Assembly: GCA_965222905.1 (NCBI GenBank)
Contig: OZ244976.1
Coordinates: forward strand, 6,794,012-6,858,011
DNA from: Vicinamibacterales bacterium
GTDB lineage: Bacteria > Acidobacteriota > Vicinamibacteria > Vicinamibacterales > UBA8438
DNA length: 64,000 nucleotides
Reading direction: 5' to 3'
Numbering within the stretch: the stretch's first letter is position 1; each line of letters starts with the position of its first letter. Shown here in pieces: positions 39,442 through 47,269 of this stretch. The translations under genes were made by a program, and so were the position numbers. The notes beneath the pieces were generated by a model. That model ran no database searches. It saw nothing but the letters and a program-made list of their open reading frames with translations, and was not told the origin of the DNA.

Positions 39442-40734
39442 GGACACTGCGCGAAACTAGTTTGCCATCTGCTGGGTTGCTGGTCATACTGGAGGTATGA
39501 AGCGAGACATCGAGCTGGAAGCGACCCTGGTTGCGAAGTATGCCGTGGTCGCGCCCGTGTTGGACGAGCGCAGTCGCCGCCGGTGGGCGGCGGCCGAGTC
39601 GCTCGCCATCGGCTACGGCGGCGACGCGGTGGTTTCGTCGGCCACCGGTGTGGCTCGGGAGACGATTCGCAAGGGGCGCCGGGAGATTGCCCGCGACGAG
39701 GCGCCGACGGACCGCATTCGACGCCCTGGCGGCGGACGGCCCCGCATCCAGCAGGATCAACCCGGCATCCAGGCCGCGCTCCAAGCGCTGGTGGATCCGC
39801 TCACGCGCGGCGACCCGACCTCGCCGCTGCGCTGGACGTGCAAGAGTCGCGCGAAGCTGGCGGCGGCGCTGACCGAGCAGGGGTGGCGGGTGAGTTCGAC
39901 CACTGTGGGCCGGCTGCTGCACCGCCTGGGCTACCGGCTGCAATCGCCGCGCAAACGGCAGGAAGGCGCCACGCATCCGGACCGCAACGCGCAGTTCGAG
40001 CACATCAACCAGACCGCGGACGAGCATCTGAGCGCCGGCCAGCCGGTGATCTCGGTCGACACGAAGAAGAAGGAGCTGGTCGGGAACTTCAAGAACGGCG
40101 GGCGGGAATGGCAGCCGAAGGGCACGCCGCCGGCGGTGCTGGTGCATGATTTCCCGACCGACGCCGAGGGCAAGGCGATTCCGTACGGCGTCTACGACAT
40201 GGCGCGCAACGAAGCCTGGGTGAGCGTGGGCTGGGACCACGACACACCGGCGTTCGCGGTGGCGTCGATTCGACACTGGTGGCATCAGATGGGTTGCGGC
40301 GCCTACCCCGAGGCCACGACCCTGTTCATCACGGCCGATGCGGGCGGGAGCAACGGGTATCGGTTGCGCGCCTGGAAGCATGAGCTTCAACAGTTGGCCG
40401 ACGAGACCGGACTGACCATCGAGGTGAGTCATTTTCCACCCGGCACCAGCAAGTGGAACAAGATCGAGCACCGGCTCTTCTGTCACATCACGGCGAACTG
40501 GCGCGGCACCCCGCTGACGACGTACGAGACCATCGTCGACCGCATCGGGAACGTCCGGACAGCCACCGGGCTCCGGGTCCGGGCCGAACTCGACGCCGGG
40601 GAATATCCCACAGGCGTTACGGTGACCAAGGAACAGATGGACGCACTCGCGCTGGTCCCCGATGCGTTTCACGGGGAATGGAATTACAAACTGTTACCCC
40701 GATCAAGTTGAAGACTTTATATCGATCACTGTCC
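39442..40734 (+). mobile_element. ISAzo13-family IS (inner, intact copy)
   Basis: GGACACTG...CACTGTCC flanked by a TTA duplication (39439-41 and 40735-37). Confidence 0.9.
39497..40711 (+). CDS. ISAzo13-family (Rhodopirellula-type) transposase
   Basis: ISVDTKKKELVGNFKN, ITADAGGSNGYR, PPGTSKWNKIEHRLF, HGEWNY. Confidence 0.95.
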   Translation: MKRDIELEATLVAKYAVVAPVLDERSRRRWAAAESLAIGYGGDAVVSSATGVARETIRKGRREIARDEAPTDRIRRPGGGRPRIQQDQPGIQAALQALVDPLTRGDPTSPLRWTCKSRAKLAAALTEQGWRVSSTTVGRLLHRLGYRLQSPRKRQEGATHPDRNAQFEHINQTADEHLSAGQPVISVDTKKKELVGNFKNGGREWQPKGTPPAVLVHDFPTDAEGKAIPYGVYDMARNEAWVSVGWDHDTPAFAVASIRHWWHQMGCGAYPEATTLFITADAGGSNGYRLRAWKHELQQLADETGLTIEVSHFPPGTSKWNKIEHRLFCHITANWRGTPLTTYETIVDRIGNVRTATGLRVRAELDAGEYPTGVTVTKEQMDALALVPDAFHGEWNYKLLPRSS

Positions 40735-41004
40735 TTACGGTGACCAAGGAACAGATGGACGCACTCGCGCTGGTCCCCGATGCGTTTCACGGGGAATGGA
40801 ATTACAAACTGTTACCCCGATCAAGTTGAAGACTTTATATCGATCACTGTCCTATGCTTGCAAACTATTCATTATAAATGGTTTACATATACATCGCGGA
40901 GTTCGGTGCGGAATCCGCCTTTCCCGGTCGAGGCATTTGATGCCAGCGTTGCGGCCTAGACTAGCGGCACGCCTCGTCGAAGCAGACCCAGCCAGTCGGC
41001 GACA

Positions 41005-41095
41005 GGCGGGAGACTGGGATTCGAACCCAGGCAGCAGGTTGCCCCGCCAACGATGTTCACGAATCGCTGGCTTCAACCACCCAGCCATCCCTTCC
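41005..41095 (-). tRNA. Aberrant or pseudo tRNA-Ser-like sequence, 91 nt
   Basis: D arm GCT..GG..AGC, long variable arm with a GCAA loop, T arm CTGGG-TTCGAAT-CCCAG, 3' G-CC; but an 8-nt anticodon loop, G at the A14 position and a bulged acceptor stem. Confidence 0.65.
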
Positions 41096-41442
41096 AACAC
41101 CGTCGGGTTCCCCCCACCAGCGGATCACGCCGTCCCCAACCCGCGGTCCGGCGCCTAGCTGCCCATCCGAACCCGCGTCGCCGCGCGCTGCTCAATCACC
41201 TCCAGCCTGCGGGATGACGATCCGCCAACGCGCTGCCGCCCGTTCTCGAGAATCGCGATGGGCGCGCGGCCGACCGCGACGCCCGGGCTGTTTGAGCGTG
41301 CGCACAAACTCCGACTTGCACGGACTCAAGCTGTCATCTCAGCGTGTCCAGCACGGAGTACTCGGTTCGCGTCCATCCTGGGGGTACGACGCCGCTGGTC
41401 TGGCATGATACTGTGAACGCTCGACGTCTGGAGGAGCGTGAC

Positions 41443-42732
41443 ATGCCCAACCCGAGCGCCCCGCAGACCGACCGGCGCCAGTTCCTGCGGATGCTGGCCG
41501 CCAGCCCCGCCCTGCCGTACGTCACGCTCTCCCCCAAGATCCTCCACGCGCTCGGCCAGGAGCCGTTCCGGGAGGGCGGCCCCGCAGGCGAGCTGATCGC
41601 GTCGCCGGAAGAGGCGCTGACGGTCTTCGACTTCGAGGCCGTGGCCAAGGAGAAGCTGCACTACGGGCACGTGGCGTTCCTCGGCGGCACCGAGGACGAG
41701 GGGACGTACCGCGCGAACCGCGAGGGGTTCACGCAGTACCAGCTCCGCGTCCGGCGCCTGGTCGACATTCGCCGCATCGACATGTCGCTGTCGCTCTTCG
41801 GGTCGAGCGCGCACTCCCCGATCCTCCTCTGCCCCTGCGGCGCACTCAGCGCCTTCCATCGGGACGGCGAGGTGGAGGTGGCCCGCGCGATGCACACGCG
41901 CGGCCACATCATGGCGCTCTCGAACGCGGCGAGTCAGCCGATCGAGGACGTGGTGGCGGCCCGCGGCGGGCCCGTCTGGTTCCAGCTCTACCGCGACCCC
42001 GACTGGAGCCAGACGCTGGCCATGATCAGGCGGGCCGAGGCGGCCGGCTCGCCCGTGCTGGCCTGGACCATCGACAGCCAGGGCGGCGGCAAGCGCATCG
42101 TGCACGCGCGCGCCCGGCGCCGCGACCGCGCGTTCTGCGGCACCTGCCACACGCTGAACCCGGACGATCGCGGCCTCGCGCTCCCCGGCTTCCTGGGATC
42201 GACGATCAACCCCGAGGGCAAGCCGATGACCACCACGCCGCCGCTCGGGCCGCCCCAGCTCGACGGTCGCATCGCGACCTGGGACTACGTCAAGCGGCTG
42301 AAGGACGCCACCTCCATGAAGGTGGTGCTCAAGGGCATCGTGACGCGCGAGGACGCGGAGCTCGCCCTGGAGTACGGCGCCGACGGCATCTGGGTGTCGA
42401 ACCACGGCGGCCGAATGGAGAACAGCCTGCGCTCGTCGGTCGAGTGCGTGCCCGAGGTGGCGGCAGGCGTCGCCGGGCGCGCCCCGATCATCGTCGACGG
42501 GGGCTTCCGCCGCGGCACCGACATCTTCAAGGCGCTGGCCCTCGGCGCGACGGCCGTGGGCGTGGGGCGCCCCTACATCTTCGGCCTGGCCGCGTTCGGG
42601 CAGGCCGGCGTCGAGACGGCGCTCGACATCCTGGACAGCGAGCTGCGGATGGTGATGCGGCAGGCCGGCACCCCCAGCCTCGGGCGCATCACGTCGTCCT
42701 ACGTGCGCGATCGCCGGATGCCGGCCTGGTAG
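41443..42732 (+). CDS. FMN-dependent alpha-hydroxy-acid oxidase/dehydrogenase with a twin-arginine signal
   Basis: GGAGG RBS; DRRQFL; KVVLKGI, VSNHGGR, VDGGFRRGTDIFKALALGA..VGVGRP. Confidence 0.9.
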   Translation: MPNPSAPQTDRRQFLRMLAASPALPYVTLSPKILHALGQEPFREGGPAGELIASPEEALTVFDFEAVAKEKLHYGHVAFLGGTEDEGTYRANREGFTQYQLRVRRLVDIRRIDMSLSLFGSSAHSPILLCPCGALSAFHRDGEVEVARAMHTRGHIMALSNAASQPIEDVVAARGGPVWFQLYRDPDWSQTLAMIRRAEAAGSPVLAWTIDSQGGGKRIVHARARRRDRAFCGTCHTLNPDDRGLALPGFLGSTINPEGKPMTTTPPLGPPQLDGRIATWDYVKRLKDATSMKVVLKGIVTREDAELALEYGADGIWVSNHGGRMENSLRSSVECVPEVAAGVAGRAPIIVDGGFRRGTDIFKALALGATAVGVGRPYIFGLAAFGQAGVETALDILDSELRMVMRQAGTPSLGRITSSYVRDRRMPAW

Positions 42733-42769
42733 GTCCCGGACGCGAGGCTCGACGTGCACAGCGGCGAGG

Positions 42770-42975
42770 TGGCGCTGCAACCGTGGAGCACCTTTGCGAG
42801 CTCCACGGGCAGCAGCCGCCGGTGTGGCTGGAGAAACCCGAGCGGTTCCTGAAGATCACCTGGATACTGCCCACCACGCCGACCATGGTGAAGGAGGCGA
42901 TAGCGTTCGCACAGCCGCGTTCATCCGGCACGGTGCGCTGCCGGATCCGAGATGCCTCGACGCTCGAGGGGTGAG
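42770..42975 (+). pseudogene. Remnant paralog of the putative antitoxin at 18447-18902
   Basis: VEHLCELHGQQPPVWLEKPERFL...AAFIRHGALPDPRCLDARG, with one frameshift. Confidence 0.7.
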
Positions 42976-43043
42976 CGACATGAGTGGGTCCCTGGGTCGC
43001 AACCGGATCATGAAGCTGTTCGAGACGCTCTCGGCCAGACTAG

Positions 43044-45130
43044 CCCATCTTTAGCAAGATTCCCGACAATTTTGTAGATTTAGGCGATATTTCGAGGATC
43101 GCATCCCCATAACTTGTTGATTCTAAAGGATCGGGTGTTGGCGGTACTGAATGTAGTGCCATAATCGTGTGAGTGGTTGTTGCTTCTGGGGACGTGCACC
43201 CGCTATCGTGGGCGTGTGTTCATTCGCCGCACCCAAACCCGGCGGACCGCCGACGGACAGCCCTACTTCTCGCATCGCCTCGTCCACTCCGAGCGCATCG
43301 GCAACGCCGTCCGCCAGCGCACCCTGCTCAATCTCGGACGCCACTTCGACATTCCCCAGGCGCAATGGCCGCTGGTCTGCTCCCGCAGCGACGACATCCT
43401 GGCCGGCCAGACGCCCCTGGTGGCCGATTGCCCGGCCGCCGTCGAACGCGAAGCGCAGCGCATAGCCGCACAGTTGGTCGCCCGCGGCACACCGGTGCAG
43501 GGACCGGCAGCCGGGCCGACAGACGTGCAGCCGGTCGACGTCGACTCGTTGCGCCTGGTCCGCCCCCGCAGCGTCGGCGTCAAGCAGGTCGGCCTGTGGG
43601 CCCTGGAGCAATTGGGCCTGCCGGCCCTGCTGACCGAGTTGGGCGTCAACGGCGCGTTGCGCACCGCGGCGACCGGCGCCGTCGTCGGACGCCTGGCCCA
43701 GCCGGCCTCGGAGCGCGCCACGCACCGCTGGCTGCAGGAACGCAGCGGCCTCGGCGAGTTGCTCGGCGTCGACTTCGAGACCGTCAGCCCGATGCAGCTC
43801 TACCGCGCCTCGGATGCGCTGGTGAAGCACCGCGAGGCGATCGAGGCGCATCTGTTCGAGCGGGCCATGGGACTGTTCGACCTGCAGCCGACGGTGACCC
43901 TCTACGACCTGACCAACACCTATTTCGAAGGCGAGGCGGGCGCGCAGCCGCAGGCAAAGCGCGGGCACTCGAAAGAGAAGCGCAGCGACTGTCCGCTGCT
44001 GACCCTGGGCCTGATGCTCGACGCCAGCGGCTTCGTGCGCCGCTCGCAGGTCTTCGCCGGCAACGTCCGGGAACACCGCACCCTGGCCGGCATGCTGGAG
44101 GCACTCGATGCGCCGGCCGGCGCCCTGGTGGTGATGGACCGCGGCGTCGCCACCGAGGCCGCCATCGGGTGGCTGCGCGACAACCGCTACCGCTATCTGG
44201 TCGTCAGCCGTGAACGCCACCGGCAGTTCGACGCCGAGGCCGCCGTGGCGGTCCGCACGCAGTCGAACCACACCGTGCATCTGCACAAGGTCGTCTCGAC
44301 CGACCCCGGCGAGGTCCGCCTGTACTGCTACTCCGAAGAGCGGGCCCACAAGGAGCGGGCCATCGTTGAGCGGGCCGCCGCCCGCTTCGAGGCCGCGCTG
44401 ACCACGCTCAACGAGGGGCTGGCGCGCCCCCGCGCCCACAAGCGCCTCGGACAGGTCTGGCAGCGCATTGGGCGACTGAGAGCCAAGCATACCCGCGTCG
44501 CCAAGCACTACCAGATCGAGGTCACCCCCGACCAGACCGGCGAGAAGGCCGCCGCCGTCACCTGGACCCGTCGCCCCCAGGACGGCTCGATGGCCACCCA
44601 TCCGGGCGTCTACTGCCTGCGCAGCAGCGAGACCGACTGGGACGAAGACGCCTTGTGGCGCACCTACACCACCCTCACCGACGTCGAAGCCGTCTTCCGT
44701 GCACTGAAGTCCGAACTCGGCCTGCGCCCCATCTACCACCACAAGCCGCAGCGGGCCGATGGCCACCTGTTCATCACCGTCATCGCCTACCAGCTCGTGC
44801 AGGTCATCCGCACCCGGCTGCGAGCCCACGGCGAACACGCCAGTTGGACCACCCTGCGCCGCATCCTCGAAGGCCAGCAGCGCGTCACCGCCACCTTCCG
44901 GCGCCCCGACGGGCGCACCCTGCACGTGCGCACCGCCACGCAGGCCGAACCCGAACAGCGGGCCATCTACGACGCGCTCGGCGTCGACCCGCAACCGGGA
45001 GGCGTCCGCAAGACAACCATCTGACCGACCCATTTCCCGGTTTGCGCAGGTTTGTAGTGCCACTCGAGCGCTTTTGTCGCTGTAAGTTGCTGATTCCGCG
45101 TTGCTTAGTACTGCGGCTGTTAAACTTGGG
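43044..45130 (+). mobile_element. IS1634-family element
   Basis: Imperfect IR CCCATCTTTAGCAA / CCCAAGTTTAACAG; CTAG target duplication. Confidence 0.9.
43216..45024 (+). CDS. IS1634-family transposase
   Basis: LYDLTNTYFEG, RGHSKEKRSDCP, VVMDRGV, LTDVEAVFRALKSELGLRPIYH. Confidence 0.95.
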   Translation: MFIRRTQTRRTADGQPYFSHRLVHSERIGNAVRQRTLLNLGRHFDIPQAQWPLVCSRSDDILAGQTPLVADCPAAVEREAQRIAAQLVARGTPVQGPAAGPTDVQPVDVDSLRLVRPRSVGVKQVGLWALEQLGLPALLTELGVNGALRTAATGAVVGRLAQPASERATHRWLQERSGLGELLGVDFETVSPMQLYRASDALVKHREAIEAHLFERAMGLFDLQPTVTLYDLTNTYFEGEAGAQPQAKRGHSKEKRSDCPLLTLGLMLDASGFVRRSQVFAGNVREHRTLAGMLEALDAPAGALVVMDRGVATEAAIGWLRDNRYRYLVVSRERHRQFDAEAAVAVRTQSNHTVHLHKVVSTDPGEVRLYCYSEERAHKERAIVERAAARFEAALTTLNEGLARPRAHKRLGQVWQRIGRLRAKHTRVAKHYQIEVTPDQTGEKAAAVTWTRRPQDGSMATHPGVYCLRSSETDWDEDALWRTYTTLTDVEAVFRALKSELGLRPIYHHKPQRADGHLFITVIAYQLVQVIRTRLRAHGEHASWTTLRRILEGQQRVTATFRRPDGRTLHVRTATQAEPEQRAIYDALGVDPQPGGVRKTTI

Positions 45131-45256
45131 CTAGCCGCACGCGGGACTCGGGGCCAGCTTTACATCGTCGGCGGCAGCGCGATGATCGGGGTGATCCGCG
45201 GCGTTGCGGACAGACCTGTTCGTGGACTACATTTGGTCCTGAGGGGGAGTCGTGAC

Positions 45257-45532
45257 ATGCCATTGTCCGACCGGATCAAGCCGATCAGCTACCTGAAGGC
45301 TCACGCCGCCGAGATCATTCGCACGCTCGCGGACCAGCCGGAGCCCTTGATCGTCACACAGAATGGCGAGGCCAAGGCCGTCGTGCAGGACATCGACAGC
45401 TACGAGCAGATGCAAGAAAGCATGGCTCTTCTCAAGATGCTCGCGCTGGGGAATCGTCAGATCGATGCCGGTCGGGTGCAACCGGCGGCCGAAGTCATTG
45501 CGCGGCTTCGGGAGCGCCATCAGGCCGACTGA
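45257..45532 (+). CDS. Phd/YefM-family antitoxin
   Basis: IKPISYLKAHAAEII...PLIVTQNGEAKAVVQD. Confidence 0.9.
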   Translation: MPLSDRIKPISYLKAHAAEIIRTLADQPEPLIVTQNGEAKAVVQDIDSYEQMQESMALLKMLALGNRQIDAGRVQPAAEVIARLRERHQAD

Positions 45533-45798
45533 TGCCCGTCACGGTCCGGCTGACCGATGACGCCGCCCGCGACCTGGAAGAAATCTTCGACTACGTCTCC
45601 CGGCAAAACGCGCCGAGTAGAGCGGAACACGTGCTGGATCGGATAGAAGAGGCCTTCCAGGCGTTGTCCGCGTTCCCCCAACGCGGCAGCTACCCGAGGG
45701 AACTGCTGGATCTGGGGGTCCGGGAGTATCGGGCCCTGCGCCCCCGGCAGCTTAGCCGCGATGGACACCACGCCGCGGTCGCGGTGCGCCGACAGTAA
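45532..45798 (+). pseudogene. RelE/ParE-family toxin, C-terminus replaced
   Basis: VRLTDDAARDLEEIFDYV...FPQRGSYPRELLDLGVREYR, then an abrupt unrelated tail. Confidence 0.75.
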
Positions 45799-45839
45799 GG
45801 TGCAAGTCTCGCGACCCCGCCCTCCTGCATACGGCCCTC

Positions 45840-46298
45840 CTACCAGGGAATGCTGTACGGCAGGCGACGGCCGCCCCCGATGGCCAGTGCTGCCAGCCCG
45901 CCGATGACGGGCGGCCCGTATCCGTTGGTGAGATAGCCGGACGTGAACATGATGCCGCTGGCGAACTGGAAGTTGAGCACCATGGCGAGCGCCACCGTCG
46001 CGGTCAGGCCCACCCGGAAACCGGTGATCAGCGCCGTGCCGGCGACGAGTTCCCCCAGCACCACCAGCCGGGCGAACAGCGGCGCGCCCGGAACCGCCAC
46101 CCATTCGAGGTACCAACGGCTGATCGAGACCGGCTCGAAGGAGAGCCACTGCTCGAGCTCGTACGAGAGATGCGCGCTGTCTGCGAGCCATGCGAGCTTG
46201 CCGTACCCCATCAGGACGAGAAACAGTCCCATGATCAGCGACAGGGTCCGTAAGCCGCCCGCGGGCGAGTGGAGAGTCGTCATGTCTACTTCCCGCAT
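45840..46298 (-). CDS. DoxX-family membrane protein
   Basis: LIMGLFLVLMGYGK...LVVLGELVAGTALITGF...MVLNF. Confidence 0.8.
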   Translation of the reverse strand: MREVDMTTLHSPAGGLRTLSLIMGLFLVLMGYGKLAWLADSAHLSYELEQWLSFEPVSISRWYLEWVAVPGAPLFARLVVLGELVAGTALITGFRVGLTATVALAMVLNFQFASGIMFTSGYLTNGYGPPVIGGLAALAIGGGRRLPYSIPW

Positions 46299-46690
46299 TT
46301 CGGTCTCCGGGCATTCTAAACTCAGGAGCCGGTGGCATGTCGACCGACTCGCACCCAGCCGCGGGCAGCCCTGCGTGGCGCTCGTCCCGTGGTCTTGCGC
46401 GGGATCCGTGGCGTGTTGGCGGACGCCGGAGATTGCCGAATTTCCGCCCGTGCCGGGCGGAGCACGCGATGTTCTTCACTCTCTGGTGCGTCGGCCTCGG
46501 TTGACCCCCGTGCGTCCCCGGGACCTCCTTCGTGCACGTTCAACTCCCTCAATTGCGCCGGTCGATCCCCGCTGGCGCGGGGCGGAGGTCGCCGGAGGCG
46601 AGGCGCGGCCACCGCGGCTCGGGTCCATCCCCGTGCCCGGTGGCGCTCCCCGAAGAGACCGCTTCACGCATCGACCTGGGCAGGCGTGAT

Positions 46691-47086
46691 TTATCCCGGC
46701 GGGCGCGGGGCGCACCTGCTCCTCGCGTCAGCGGAAGCGGCGCGGGGCCACATCGCTCTGGCCAGCCAGGGGATAGACACGGCAATAGTCCCATCGTAGC
46801 GATGGCCATTCGGCGAGGCATCTACCGGGGGATGCGCGATCGCCGTCGGACGGTCCGCCGTGGGCCACTGTCGGGGTCGATTGCTCGACTCGATGCCCGC
46901 CACGGCGTCGTCGTTCCGCGCCAACTCACCGCAAGCGATCGCTTCCATGCTCTCGCGCAAGGCCTGCAGGTCCGCTCGCACGACGCCGGCCAGCTCGATC
47001 ATGACGTGGCTCACGAGCCAGGCGGACCCGAAGATGGCGACCACGATCACACAAACGCCAACGGTCAACTTCACGTCGTTACTCAC
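46691..47086 (-). CDS. Membrane-anchored hypothetical protein (C-terminus doubtful)
   Basis: N-terminal TM helix followed by a coiled segment. Confidence 0.35.
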   Translation of the reverse strand: MSNDVKLTVGVCVIVVAIFGSAWLVSHVMIELAGVVRADLQALRESMEAIACGELARNDDAVAGIESSNRPRQWPTADRPTAIAHPPVDASPNGHRYDGTIAVSIPWLARAMWPRAASADARSRCAPRPPG

Positions 47087-47269
47087 GTCGGCGAACCTCC
47101 TGCAGCACCGCCGGAAGTCCAGCTCGGCCCGAGCGGCCGCCAGCGAACCATCCCACCGGGCATGACCCCGTAAGTTCGGGCCAACATCGTCGTACTCTGC
47201 CGCCGCGTCCCGGCAACGTCAAGGCGTAAGCCGCCGCGATCCGGTCGTTGCCGGCGCCGGTCCGGACAT

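Larger units (their letters stand above)
38264..40852 (+). mobile_element. ISAzo13-family IS (outer copy), interrupted by a second copy
   Basis: Left end GGACACTG at 38264; transposase broken at 39441; remainder and right end CACTGTCC at 40738-40852. Confidence 0.9.
42980..45190 (+). pseudogene. N-terminal remnant of a DUF6036-like nucleotidyltransferase split by IS1634
   Basis: Removing the IS and one CTAG gives MSGSLGRNRIMKLFETLSARLAARGTRGQLYIVGGSAMI, after which similarity is lost. Confidence 0.75.

Noticed and set aside
40738-40852. Apparent 115-bp tandem duplication or assembly stutter
   Set aside because: Explained by nested ISAzo13 insertion: TTA duplication at both inner junctions and sequence differences between the two copies.
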